From assembly GCA_963727895.1 (NCBI GenBank), contig CAVSHT010000004.1, forward strand, positions 192,001-256,000: 64,000 nt of DNA. The letters run 5' to 3'. Under the pieces are notes generated by a model. It ran no database searches, was not told where the DNA came from, and worked only from the letters and a program-made list of their open reading frames with translations. A program made the translations under genes and the position numbers. How positions within the stretch are numbered: position 1 is the stretch's first letter; the number at the start of each line of letters is the position of its first letter. Shown here one piece after another: positions 44,819 to 56,662 of the stretch. The stretch is from an uncultured Methanosarcinaceae archaeon (GTDB taxonomy: Archaea; Halobacteriota; Methanosarcinia; Methanosarcinales; Methanosarcinaceae).

Positions 44819-45099
44819 TTAATTTTTAATTAAACAGTAATAAATGTCAGATCAAATGATCCAAAAGATTATAATAAACAAATATTATTTTGATTATGCT
44901 ATATTTAGTTGTGATCATTTTTCTGTATGCGTTATTTGTTAGAATATTTAAATTTTATAAAACTCTTCAAAAATGAGAAATACATATACTCTTTTAATAT
45001 CAATTAACATATAATATTTACAAAGAAGTAGTATGTAAGAAATATATTGAAAACCAATGATTTTTGACTTCATCAATCTCACCTTGGAAAGGAAACAAT

Positions 45100-45564
45100 A
45101 TGGAATACAGCTATGATCTTAAAGACAAGGATCTTTATATTGACGAGAATCAAATAAATGCTTATAGCCTGGAAAAAAATGAGATCGGTAATTGCTCTAA
45201 TTGCGATTCTATTCTTATGAGCTTCAGTTATCATACTGTAGAGGATAAAAATATAATCGTAACAAAATGCGCTTCTTGCGGAGCTTTTTATGCAAATATC
45301 TATGATTCCGACTGGAATTGGGTAGAAGAAGTCCATATATCTTTACTTCCAATACAAATTCTCATCAGCAACCAGAGAATTGATGATTTGGAGGGACTTA
45401 AATCAATTCCTATAAAAAAGCTTGAAGCTGTATTCTCTAAAGGAGAGATCGAAGCTCTTTTTTCTAGGGCTAAAAATGAAACTCCTATTCGCCAATATCT
45501 TTACAGGGCCCGAAAAAAATACAAACTCTTCGAAGAAATATTTGATACCAAGTTAGTATTTTAA
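45100..45564 (+). CDS. Hypothetical protein with zinc ribbon
   Basis: CSNC...CASC, basic C-terminal helix (RQYLYRARKKY). Confidence 0.7.
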   Translation: MEYSYDLKDKDLYIDENQINAYSLEKNEIGNCSNCDSILMSFSYHTVEDKNIIVTKCASCGAFYANIYDSDWNWVEEVHISLLPIQILISNQRIDDLEGLKSIPIKKLEAVFSKGEIEALFSRAKNETPIRQYLYRARKKYKLFEEIFDTKLVF

Positions 45565-47469
45565 TAATGTTACAAAAATATTTTATTTTAGGAGGGGTGA
45601 ATTAGTAATAAAACATATATTTGCAAAGTATTATTATATTAATACATCAAAACTAATGTGTAATATGTATGTAATATATTATCACTGTTACGATTTTTAC
45701 AGTATAAGCAGATATTTAGAATATATAAATATGTGATGTTAAATATTTGTTTTTGTATACTCAAAGATGTCACACAATTTAATCATTATAGATTCTATGG
45801 TTATTTGTAATTATTCTAATTAGTAAGTCCATAGTATTTCACTGAAAAAGTAGTATATAAATATAGGCATATATAAACCATGCGATATCAAGAACTTATT
45901 GTTAAAATTACAAGAAAGAAATACTTTTTCAGGCAAATTTTATCTGTTGATATTATCTTTAACATTGTTTAGGAACAAATCTGGGTATACAAAACCTGCT
46001 TTTACTAATAATTATTGGTAATATTTATACCCCCTATACATAATCATAATATGTTCTTATATTATTTGCTTTTTGAACCTATTTTTATGCAACATATCGT
46101 AAATTGGAAAATCATTCCTATACTTCATAAGAATATGTGACAATACTTTTCAAATATCAGTTTTATGGTCTACTTTTGTAAAGTCAACTATTCCAAATTA
46201 TATATGAATATGAGGTATTTGGTCGATAACCGCCCCATTAAACGTAAAAAGAGATGTAAGGAAATTAAATAAAGGATATAATGGTGTCTATTCATATAAC
46301 ATATAAGAATATAGGAATATTACAATATTCTTTTCTAAACAAGTATATTGCATAAAAAATAGTCAAATGATATAAACTATTAATAATGTTTCATTAACTA
46401 TCTACATTTATATCTAATTATTACTATAGGAATACATATTAGTTCAACAAACAAAGTATACCCTAATTACTCAGAAAGATATATTATAAATATATTCAAA
46501 TAATACCGAAACATTTACATTATGTAATTAAGTGAATAATGCCCAAAAAGTTAATAAAATTCCGCATGTGATTTTGGATCTTTTTAACGTAACAAGCATT
46601 ATGTTTAAAATATACTTTATAGTAGAGGGCATCTAAAGTATAATACATTATATATTATAACTTAGTTTTAAAGTATTAACTTAATAAGTAATCAATTTGT
46701 ATATATAAATAAAAAGATATGTTTTTTAATAGCATGATATTTAAAAATGCCATAACTAATTACGAATAATATATATATAACAATATGTCATTGAATATAA
46801 TTATTAAAGTATAAGTAATGGCAAAATATACTTAAATACTAATTATTTAATATATATTATGTCCTCTAAAATAGATAGCACTTTTTTGCAAATCGTAAAT
46901 TAGATATAATACATTATATACAATACATAATTGGAGGTATAGTAGGACATTAAACCACAGTACTAAATTAAAAACAAATATATTAATAAAAAGATATAAT
47001 TTTGTGCATCAAAAAAACAGGTTACACAATAGTAATATGCAGTTACACGGAGCTAAATTATACTTATGTAATATATGAATATATTTATAAAATAAAACTG
47101 TACTTAGAACATCTAGACTTACTTAAACAAAAATATCTCAAAAAGAATATTACCCATATATAATCCTATTTTTCTCAATATAATTATTTAATATAAAAAA
47201 TAATAATCACGGATTATATTTAGCAATTGACAATATATTGACAAAGAACTAATATAGATAGTGAGTAGCATTTATTCTATAATTTCTATTTTTAAATATA
47301 CTAAAAACAGATCAATATATATGTTTTCAAAAAATATAACCTGATTTTGAAATATATGTAGTTTACACTATTTATCAAAATATAAAATTATATATCTTTT
47401 AACAATATCTAACTCGACATTGATGATTTAAAAATAACATTGATTCTAAAATAACTGAGGGACTTTATT

Positions 47470-48022
47470 ATGCTTGAAAAAATCGATTTATCAAAAACAA
47501 TAACCATTGATGAAATATAAGAAAAACGAGAAATTACTAAAAGCCAAACTTGGAGAACTGCAACGAAAAGCTTGAAAATTAAAAATACTTGTTGTTCTTG
47601 TTTTCGAAGGCTGGCACTTTTCAGGAATGGTTGAGAATATTAATCGTTTTATCCTTACACTTGACCCCCATGAATACGATTTTCATACAATAACAATGTC
47701 CTGTAACGAAGAGTTTCTCAAACCTTTATTATGTGTTTCTGGTCCAGTATTCCTGTGAAAGGAAAAATTGGAATTTTTGATAGAAGTTGGTACAGCAGGG
47801 CAACAATAGAATGTTTTAGAAAAGAAAAGTCCGAAGAAAAAATGGAAAATTACTGACAAAGACTAGCGAAATAGATGTCGGTGGGATGATTATAAAATTG
47901 CAGTCGACGAGATGCTTCAAAAAACAAGTACAATAAATGATCCTTGGATTGTTGTAGAAGCTAATGACAAGCGATACTCCATAATCAAAGTCATGAAAAC
48001 AACTGTTGAAGCGCTTGAATAA
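47470..48022 (+). pseudogene. Polyphosphate kinase 2 family (polyphosphate:AMP phosphotransferase-like), decayed with a large internal deletion
   Basis: Not in the ORF track. MLEKIDLSK, VLVFEGW, LDP, GKIGIFDRSWY, WKIT..D, WDDY..AVDEML.KTST...PW.VVEANDKRY, with stops and frameshifts. Confidence 0.8.
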
Positions 48023-48399
48023 GCGATTTTGAGTTTTGGGATCGGCTCAATAATTTACATAAGAATTTAATAAAAAACTAAAATCCAAAGAAGTTGTATA
48101 AGTAAGTCATTAATCATTCAGAAAAGCAAGTAAATCTTTTAAATGGGGGATAATTATAAAGATTTACATGTTGTATGTGTACTTATGCTAATGGTTTTTC
48201 AAATACTCACAATCAGTGTCTAAATAAATTTAACAACTAGGCAAAGTTTTTTAATATATGCAATACTTGTTATAATATAATATTTTACAATTTATTTCTT
48301 TCAGGTTATTTCTTTTTCGAAATATCCAGGTTATATATTATGTAACTGGCCTTAAACATACTCAGAAAAAGTAAGCTTATTCTTGCATTTTCAAGGTAA

Positions 48400-48816
48400 C
48401 TATCGAGAAGTAGCTCTCTTTTTTTCAAGAATTACCCATAATTTCTCACATTCACTGGATGTCAGCCCAATTTGATTGATTAGATATTCTTCCGTTTTCT
48501 GGTTTTTCACCGTACCTTTTATCAAATGACTAATAGTATCTCTGTGATGTCCTGTTATTCGTTCAATACTTCGTATCCCATTCTTTTCAAGAAAAAGCCG
48601 ATATATCAACTTTATCTCGTCAGCGGATAGGTGCTTGCGATAAACAGAGGTGCCTATTGTTTCCATAAAAAATTTTCCACAATGTTTGCAATAGTACCTC
48701 TGGTGACCCGTTCTATACTTTCCCCGCTTTATTACTGCTTTCCCTTCTGTCTTAAGATAATATACACATTCGGGGTTTGGGCATACAATTTTCTCACTGA
48801 TGGTATCAACTGACAT
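48400..48816 (-). CDS. Stand-alone InsA-like zinc-finger + HTH DNA-binding protein
   Basis: CPNPEC, G.QRYYCKHCG..F, GIRSIERITGHHRDTI. No DDE domain or IRs seen. Confidence 0.75.
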   Translation of the reverse strand: MSVDTISEKIVCPNPECVYYLKTEGKAVIKRGKYRTGHQRYYCKHCGKFFMETIGTSVYRKHLSADEIKLIYRLFLEKNGIRSIERITGHHRDTISHLIKGTVKNQKTEEYLINQIGLTSSECEKLWVILEKKRATSR

Positions 48817-49412
48817 AATATGATAAAGATGTTGTAACTTCTGTAATATATTTATTTTGCTCGGTTCAAATTTAGCTACTCTAGTTCAAACAGAATAGTT
48901 AAACACAAAGACAATCGTTATTTAAAACTATAGTAGATTAACTCATATTATTATATAAAAATATTACATATAATTTTGTAAAACTATTTAATAGTTGAGT
49001 TTACACAAAAATAATCATAAAAAAGTTTTAAAATTTCACCAAAATTTCCCCCTTGATTATCACCTTATATTCATCTATTACCCTGCTAGCAAAACATGTT
49101 TCTCTAAAATCCATGTTGCCAAATAATATTAACCAATTTTCATTGTTTTATGTAGTTCCTTTATGTAGTTCCTTATTGTGTTAATTTAAAAAATAGCCTC
49201 TACACTTCTTGAAACAATATTAAAAAAGGAGCAAACGTTAATATGTTCTCAAAAATGTAAAGTATCTTAGGATTTTTAAGTAAAACAATATGTTAATTTT
49301 TTATAAAAAGATAATTTTTATAAAGTTGATAGTTTGAGAATTCAACAGCAAAATTTAGTGGTAAAAAGGATACAGAGTCGATCATATAATCTATTTATAT
49401 TATAATATAATC

Positions 49413-49555
49413 CATTTGTATTCGGTTAAGGAGTCTGTTAACGTTATAATGACTACTGCAATAATCTATGCATCTCGATTTACATTTATAGGTTTACAGA
49501 AATGGCAACAAAGATAACACATTTTTATAGATCGTATCTTAACCGAATACAAATG
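49413..49555. mobile_element. 143-bp MITE with 18-bp perfect TIRs and 10-bp TSD
   Basis: CATTTGTATTCGGTTAAG / CTTAACCGAATACAAATG, flanked by TAATATAATC on both sides. Confidence 0.85.
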
Positions 49556-49704
49556 TAATATAATCTATTTATATTATAAAATTTGTCGGTTAAATTTGTT
49601 AATTTTAAAATAATTATGCCTGTGCAGAAGCTTAAAAAGTTTTTTAGTTTTTGTTTGCTTCATCATCAATTAAATTTATTTATTATAAAGAGCCAGTTAC
49701 TCCC

Positions 49705-51000
49705 ATGACCGGGATGTCTGGTAATGAAAATCATCCGATGACCGTTTCGGAAAAGATATTTTCGAAGGCCTCCGGAAGTCCCGTAAAAGCTGGAGATTTC
49801 GTGCTGGCAAATATAGACCTGGCAATGACTCATGATATTACAGGTCCGCTGGCAGTCCAAGGCTTTTACGAGATTATGAAGGATAGAGAAGAGAAAAAAG
49901 TATGGGACCCGAAGAAAATAGTGATCGTATTCGATCACCAGGTTCCTGCGGATTCTATTAATGCCACAGCAAATCATATCATGCTTCGAAAGTTTGCTAA
50001 AGAACAGGGCATTTTGAATTATGATGTATATGAAGGAGTTTGCCACCAGGTTCTTCCAGAAAAAGGGCATGTGTTGCCAGGAAACCTTATAGTCGGTTCT
50101 GATTCGCATACCTGTGCTTATGGTGCTCTGGGCGCATTTTCTACAGGTATAGGGTCTACAGATATGGCTGCCGTTTTTGCCACTGGCAAACTCTGGTTCA
50201 GGGTACCTGAAACTTTCCGCTTTGAAGTAGAAGGCAACCTGCCAAGACGCGCTTACTCGAAGGACCTTATTCTCCATCTGATAGGCGACGTAGGGGTAGA
50301 AGGTGCCAGATATATGGCAGCCGAGTTTGGAGGTTCAACAATTCGCTCGCTTTCTATTCCCGAAAGAATGACTATGTCTAACATGGCAATTGAGATGGGA
50401 GGAAAGGCAGGAATTATCGAAGCCGATGAAATGACTGTAGATTATCTGAAAGAGCGGATTCTTTATTACGAATTTGACCCATATTGGAAATCCGATAAAG
50501 ATGCCAAATATGCTGAAGTCCGCCACTATAATATCTCTGACCTGGAGCCTCAGGTAGCCTGTCCCCATCACGTGGATAACGTAAAACCCGTAACCGAGGT
50601 AGAGGGTACTAAACTGGACCAGATCTTTGTGGGTTCCTGTACAAATGGAAGGTTCGAAGATATTAAGCTCATGGCCGACATAATGGGTGATGAACCAGTT
50701 GCAAAGGGCACCCGCTTGCTTGTTGTCCCAGCTTCAAGGACTGAGTATATGAAACTCCTTAAAGCAGGGTATATAGAAAAACTCATGAACGCAGGTGCAA
50801 TTGTAGAATTCCCATGCTGTGGGCCCTGTATGGGAGGCTCTTTCGGCTTGCTTGGAGCAGGAGAGGTAGGCCTTGCGACATCGAACCGCAACTTCAAGGG
50901 CAGAGAAGGAAGTCCGGAGTCTTTTGTATATCTATCTTCCCCAGCAACTGCAGGAGCATCAGCTCTTACTGGAGAGATCACTGATCCAAGGAAGGTTTGA
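49705..51000 (+). CDS. leuC: 3-isopropylmalate dehydratase/homoaconitase large subunit (substrate not resolvable from sequence)
   Basis: [43 protein letters not shown]. Confidence 0.85.
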   Translation: MTGMSGNENHPMTVSEKIFSKASGSPVKAGDFVLANIDLAMTHDITGPLAVQGFYEIMKDREEKKVWDPKKIVIVFDHQVPADSINATANHIMLRKFAKEQGILNYDVYEGVCHQVLPEKGHVLPGNLIVGSDSHTCAYGALGAFSTGIGSTDMAAVFATGKLWFRVPETFRFEVEGNLPRRAYSKDLILHLIGDVGVEGARYMAAEFGGSTIRSLSIPERMTMSNMAIEMGGKAGIIEADEMTVDYLKERILYYEFDPYWKSDKDAKYAEVRHYNISDLEPQVACPHHVDNVKPVTEVEGTKLDQIFVGSCTNGRFEDIKLMADIMGDEPVAKGTRLLVVPASRTEYMKLLKAGYIEKLMNAGAIVEFPCCGPCMGGSFGLLGAGEVGLATSNRNFKGREGSPESFVYLSSPATAGASALTGEITDPRKV

Positions 51001-51086
51001 AGAGCCTTCTGATTTTACTTTTTTAGATATATTCTTCAATTAAATTTTGTAATTATTTATCCATGTTTAATTAAACAGGTGTTATA

Positions 51087-51401
51087 ATGCCGGATGCTGA
51101 CCTATCAATCTTTAACAGGGTATATGAAATCATCCTGGACCGAAAACAGAACTATGACGAACGTTCATACGTTTGCAAGCTTTTGAACCATCGAAAAGGT
51201 ATGAATAAGATTCTTGAAAAAGTAGGAGAAGAATCAATTGAAACAATTCTTGCAGTCAGAAACGAAAACCATGAAGAGATTATTTATGAAAGTTCAGATC
51301 TTATTTTCCACCTTCTGGTGTTACTTGCGGCAAATAATATTACTCTTGATGAAATCGCGGCCGAACTCAGCGCCCGACATGAAAGTATGAAGAGGGATTA
51401 A
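51087..51401 (+). CDS. hisE: Phosphoribosyl-ATP pyrophosphatase
   Basis: [23 protein letters not shown]. Confidence 0.93.
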   Translation: MPDADLSIFNRVYEIILDRKQNYDERSYVCKLLNHRKGMNKILEKVGEESIETILAVRNENHEEIIYESSDLIFHLLVLLAANNITLDEIAAELSARHESMKRD

Positions 51402-51469
51402 AGCCTGGAGGTTTTTACCTCCAAGTTTGAGATTATATACTTTCAAATATTAATTCGTTCAAAATTCTT

Positions 51470-52345
51470 TCAATATACTGCCAATTCGTTAAGGACATCT
51501 GTTTTTGACAATGTGCCTTTGGGTACGCCATTAATTGTTACAACAAGTCGTCCTACATTGTACTTATGGAAAAGTTTTACAACATCATATAATTGCATAT
51601 CTCCATCAACTGTTATGAGTTCTTTTGTCATAATATCTTTAACTTTCACATTTGGTTTGCCCTGAGCAATTGCATGGGCAATATCTGTATAAGTAATGAT
51701 CCCTACCATTTTTCCTTTATCTTCCACAGGAGCCCCATGAGTATTGTTCCTGATAAAAAGTCTCGTTGCTTCTTGAATACTTGCATTTAGGTTCACAAGC
51801 ATAGGAGGGTATTTCATATAATGTTTGACATGTTTCTTGGGGAGAGAGATCATTTCTGTAATATTGAAAAGAATAGAATTGTTAGTGTCATCTCTTCCTG
51901 TAACTTCTCCCCGTATTATCAGGCGGTTTACAGGTGTAGGTCCTACCTGAAGCTTATCTTCCATCGCAAATTCTTTTGTGTTTCCGATTACTCGGATGAC
52001 TCCACTACAGGCATCTGGACTCCGAACGGTCGTAAAACTAATTTCAGCAGCGGTAGCCCCATTAACAGGCACACTATTTCTGTAAAGGGGAACTACTGAC
52101 TCATTTTTCAATTGTTGAATTTTTAATGCGTCATATGCTGCTCCTGTGGGTTTATAGCCTCCTTTTGGCCCAGGAACTCCTTCAACAAGCCCCAGTGCCT
52201 TTAATAACTGCATCTGATTGCGGATAGTTCCAGGATTGCGCTTGATGACCTCAGCTATTTCTTCCCCTTTAATTGCTCGGTCTTTTTGTCGCTGAAGATT
52301 GATTAATGAAAGAATAATGTCTTTTTGAATAGGAGTGAGTTCCAT
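51470..52345 (-). CDS. HrcA-type HTH + CBS-pair transcriptional regulator
   Basis: IKGEEIA...RNPGTIRNQMQ.LKALGLVEGVPGPKGGY; C-terminal CBS pair. Confidence 0.88.
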   Translation of the reverse strand: MELTPIQKDIILSLINLQRQKDRAIKGEEIAEVIKRNPGTIRNQMQLLKALGLVEGVPGPKGGYKPTGAAYDALKIQQLKNESVVPLYRNSVPVNGATAAEISFTTVRSPDACSGVIRVIGNTKEFAMEDKLQVGPTPVNRLIIRGEVTGRDDTNNSILFNITEMISLPKKHVKHYMKYPPMLVNLNASIQEATRLFIRNNTHGAPVEDKGKMVGIITYTDIAHAIAQGKPNVKVKDIMTKELITVDGDMQLYDVVKLFHKYNVGRLVVTINGVPKGTLSKTDVLNELAVY

Positions 52346-52702
52346 ACTACCACCATTAATTTCATATACTTTATAAGGATGATGTATATTATTTATAACG
52401 ATAATGTAAGTTAGTGCATATATTTACCATAATTAATGATTATAAATCTTATTACAAATTATTATTACAAATATAAAAAGAGTCCGGTCCTGTTTCAAAT
52501 ATCTATTTGATTTATACTATATATAGAGTTTATTACCAGCATTTGTCATTGTAAAACTAAAAACCGAGCAATAAATTTCCTCTAAGGGAATCACCTTCAG
52601 GAATTTCTGCGAGCCTCTTGCTTGCATATTTGTTTTGTTAAAGTTTTATTTCATATATAATAATGTTTATATAATTTAGCAGAGTTCCCAAAGGGTTAGA
52701 AT

Positions 52703-53707
52703 ATGATGATCTTCGAGAAAATCCATACAGTTCCTACTTCTGAGGAATTAATAAATAAAGCTTTTAAACGATCCGCACGAGCTATGTCCGGAAAAACAAT
52801 AGAAAACAAGGAAAGCAGACTCAGAGCTAATGAATCCATGCTGTTGACAGCTGCAAACATTCTAACGGATAATCTTGCAAACATAGTCCGGCGGTTCCCT
52901 AGTTTTGAACGATTGCCCAGATTCTATTATGAACTAACTGATATTTTAGTTGGAGTGGAAAAACTCAAGATGTCACTTGCATCTGCGGATTGGGCCAGCA
53001 GAAAGATCCATGAAGTTGCAAGGATGTACGTTGGAAAAATCCGAGATTCCGAGATTCCCGAGCCTATCCGAAAAGAAGCTTTTGGAAGACTTGCTTCGAT
53101 CATTAAATCTATTAATAAGGAGCTTCTCTTCCTCAATGAAGCAAGAAATATCTTGCGGAAACTCCCTGATGTCCAGGAAGAGCCTACAATAGTAATTGCT
53201 GGCTATCCTAATGTTGGAAAATCAAGCTTTGTCTCAAAAATTACAGGTGCAAGTCCAGAAATTGCACCTTATCCTTTTACAACAAAAGGAGTAACAATCG
53301 GGCATTTTACTCGAAACGGAGTGCGTTATCAGGTTATGGATACTCCGGGTCTTCTTGATCGTCCTATGTCCGAGAGAAACGATATCGAAAAGCAGGCAAT
53401 GACTGCGATCCATTACCTTGATGCAGTTGTAATGTTTATGATTGATCCAAGTGAAAGCTGTGGATACGAAATCGAAGACCAGAAGCGTTTACTTGCAGAA
53501 ATTAAGGAGAACTTCAAGCTTCCCATACTTGTGGTTGCGAACAAGGTTGACAGATCTGAATTCCAGAAGCTAGAAGAAATAGAATTTAATATTTCAACAG
53601 TTACCGAAAAAGGAATCGAAGAAGTAATGGACAGACTCCTAGAAATGATTGAAGAAAAACGAATTTCTTCATCTTCTGAAGAGCCAGATACAGAGCATGC
53701 AGTCTGA
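52703..53707 (+). CDS. NOG1-family GTP-binding protein
   Basis: GYPNVGKSS, YPFTTK, DTPGLLDR, NKVD. Confidence 0.92.
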   Translation: MMIFEKIHTVPTSEELINKAFKRSARAMSGKTIENKESRLRANESMLLTAANILTDNLANIVRRFPSFERLPRFYYELTDILVGVEKLKMSLASADWASRKIHEVARMYVGKIRDSEIPEPIRKEAFGRLASIIKSINKELLFLNEARNILRKLPDVQEEPTIVIAGYPNVGKSSFVSKITGASPEIAPYPFTTKGVTIGHFTRNGVRYQVMDTPGLLDRPMSERNDIEKQAMTAIHYLDAVVMFMIDPSESCGYEIEDQKRLLAEIKENFKLPILVVANKVDRSEFQKLEEIEFNISTVTEKGIEEVMDRLLEMIEEKRISSSSEEPDTEHAV

Positions 53708-54035
53708 CCGCCCGAGTCATTTCTCAGGAGGACAACGTCCTTTTCACTCACTTACTTTGCTCAAGTGAACTATAGTCATTTACGCAAAGAATTACACTTG
53801 AAATTTAACGGGCCCATTTTTTGATCCGAAGAATATTGTGTTTCTAGTTCGTGATGAGAACCCAAGTGTAAATAGTTGCGTTCAAGACTATAATTAAGCA
53901 TAAATAAAAACGCGGGGTTTAACTAAAGAAGAGGACTAATTTGGGAGAAATGCAAACAGTTCTTTAATTTATTCGGTATCTATTTAGAATATATATTTAA
54001 CTATTTAGTGTGTGTGAAAATTTAGGTTTTTTGAA

Positions 54036-54971
54036 TTAAATTATTCCAAGATACATAAGCAGGGCAACGGAAATCAGTATAAATCCTGTTGTCAGCCTTA
54101 TTTCCACTCTCCATTTTTCCCTAAATTGAGTAACTGTATTGGGACTAAGTCCAAATTTAAGGAGAAGGCCTAGAGTTATCACTGGAAGTAAAAGTCCAAA
54201 ATTGTAAAGTCCCATGTATATTGTTCCCCTTAATATATCTGTTTTTATTGCAAGGATGCTCAAAAGAGAGAGGTATATTGCTCCCACGCAAGGAGCTTTG
54301 ACAAAGGAAAACATACTTCCTGAAAGGAAAGACAATAGAAGAATATTATTTTTGTCCATTTTCTCCATAAAATTTTTTAAGGATTTGGGAGTCCGAAAGG
54401 TAGATTGTGCATGCTTTTTTAACCAGTAAGCATCAAAAATATGCCAGAAACCTAGCAGGTAAATAATCAATATTGAGAGTTTTATAAAATTTTCCTGGAT
54501 ATCAGGCAGGAAATTAACAATACTGAGAATACTTATTCCCCAAAGCATGTACATGATAAAGATTCCAGCTGAAAAACCAATTGTGATTTTGAGCATTTCC
54601 TCTCTTCTCCCATTCTTAAGAAGGGTTACTGAAGCAAGAAATGCCATTACTGCAAGGAGACAGGGATTGAAACCTGCAAGGATACCAACTGCTAGAAGTA
54701 AAAGTGGGCTTATTTCTTCAATATGTTTGCTCTTCTTCTCTCGGTTTTCAAAAAGAGATAATGAAAGATCCTGAGTAAAAAACGAAGAAGAGATTTCGCT
54801 TTCTTTCAAAAAAATTCCTGCTTTGACTTCAAAAGCTCCATTAAAGCAACCCACTGATCTACTATCAAACATACTTGCCGAACCAAAAGTAGGACTCAGT
54901 AGCAAAAAAATGAATGCAAATGAAATAATTCTTTTATTCACAAACAGATTACGCACATTTTCCTTTTTCAT
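54036..54971 (-). CDS. CcdA/DsbD-like transmembrane protein
   Basis: AGFNPCLL and KAPCVGAIY Pro-Cys pair in a six-TM domain; start uncertain. Confidence 0.75.
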   Translation of the reverse strand: MKKENVRNLFVNKRIISFAFIFLLLSPTFGSASMFDSRSVGCFNGAFEVKAGIFLKESEISSSFFTQDLSLSLFENREKKSKHIEEISPLLLLAVGILAGFNPCLLAVMAFLASVTLLKNGRREEMLKITIGFSAGIFIMYMLWGISILSIVNFLPDIQENFIKLSILIIYLLGFWHIFDAYWLKKHAQSTFRTPKSLKNFMEKMDKNNILLLSFLSGSMFSFVKAPCVGAIYLSLLSILAIKTDILRGTIYMGLYNFGLLLPVITLGLLLKFGLSPNTVTQFREKWRVEIRLTTGFILISVALLMYLGII

Positions 54972-56002
54972 ATATTTTTCCAAAATTATTTTTATAAAGG
55001 CACTGCGAACTTCAGACTCAAAGACACATACTCTTTGGTCAGATACATATTTCACATATTATCAGTTACTCCTTTCTGAAGAAGGAGCCTGTATCCAGAT
55101 TAAGTTTCATTTTTTTAATTATTTATATAGTTAAAACAAAAAATCTTATTTAATGATATCAATGATTTCTTTTAATTTTATGGATTAATGTATATTTTTA
55201 GCCTTAATTTATACATTTATGTATTTAATTTTAAATTCAAAATTTATATTTTTTACTGTTATTATTTCCCACACAAATTTTAAAAAGTTTATATCAAGAA
55301 ATAAGTACAAACAGTACTATTTTTTGGGATTATATATTATTTTCTTTGTAGTCTTATTTTATCATAAACTTTTGCTGAGAATAACCTATGTCCTCATTTG
55401 ATTAAATAAAATTTATTTTGTAATTAGTGAACAACTTTTATTTTATTTGAAAAGCAAAATATGGTCGTAAACTATTAGTTAGTTGATGTTATTTACAAAA
55501 CACTTTTTGTGGCTCATCATATATTTTTTCAATTTAGTAAGGTTAATAGCATACTTGATGCACAAAACATCAGATATTTCCAGCACTGATAAATTAATTA
55601 TGAAAACATCAACTGCATAAAGATAAACGACCTAGTTTTGTGGGGACAAAAAGTAAGGAGCATTTTTACAATTTTATTTATATAAATCTGTGGGCAAAAA
55701 CAGAAATTAGAGGATTTCTACAAAGCCAATTTTTAATTCATATTTATCATACAGATAACCAAATGACATAATAATAAATATTTAAATAGTTTTTGCTAAA
55801 AAACATTTTATATAGGGATATTATTTGTTCAGAACCAATTTTTCATATAATTAATTATAAATAAATTTGGTAATTATTATAATCTGCAAACTAAAGAATG
55901 TAATCAAGTTTACTAGAACTAGACATATTTCAGGTTCAACTGCAGTTGTATAATTATGTTAACCTTCATAAACTTGACTGAATCATTAGGAGATCTATCT
56001 AT

Positions 56003-56662
56003 ATGAAAGATAACTTGCTTGAAAAAGGTGCAATCGTTCAGAGAGACCGTGAAACTTATGCAATAGCTCCCCACATTCCAGGAGGTGTTGTAGATCCTGC
56101 AACCCTCAGGAAAATTGCTGATGTTGCTGAAAAATATGGAGCAGCAGCCCTTAAAGTAACTTCGGCCCAAAGAATTGCGATAGTGGGCTTAAAAGAAAAA
56201 GATCTTGATAATATATGGGCTGATCTCGGAATCAAACCGGGGGCAGCTGTAGGGCTATGTGTAAGGAGTATAAAGATTTGCCCCGGTACAACTTTTTGTA
56301 AGCAGGCAAAGCAAGATTCTCTAGGGCTTGGTCTGAAGCTCGATGAGAAATATCATGGAATGCCTATGCCTTCCAAGCTAAAGATAGGCGTCTCAGGATG
56401 CCAAAACTCTTGCTCTGAATCAGCTATTAAAGACATTGGAGTAATTGGTACTTCCAAAGGATATACCCTGATGGTAGGAGGTGCTGTAGCTGCATCTCCA
56501 AGACTTGCTGACATTGTAGCAAAGGAATTATCTGAAGAGGAAGTCTTAGAAGCTATTGATAGGATAATTGATTACTACAAAAACTCAGGTACTAAAAAGA
56601 GACTTGGAAAACACATTGAAGACATTGGTCTTGAGAATTTCAAAGCTCAAGTAGGGTTATAA
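56003..56662 (+). CDS. Nitrite/sulfite reductase-like 4Fe-4S domain protein
   Basis: TSAQRI, CPGTTFC, KIGVSGCQNSC, DIG.IG. Confidence 0.85.
   Translation: MKDNLLEKGAIVQRDRETYAIAPHIPGGVVDPATLRKIADVAEKYGAAALKVTSAQRIAIVGLKEKDLDNIWADLGIKPGAAVGLCVRSIKICPGTTFCKQAKQDSLGLGLKLDEKYHGMPMPSKLKIGVSGCQNSCSESAIKDIGVIGTSKGYTLMVGGAVAASPRLADIVAKELSEEEVLEAIDRIIDYYKNSGTKKRLGKHIEDIGLENFKAQVGL

Noticed and set aside
45565..47469. Canonical ORB-containing oriC
   Set aside because: No ORB-like GTTCCAGTGGAAAC/G-string motif seen and no adjacent orc1/cdc6; kept only as a non-canonical hypothesis.
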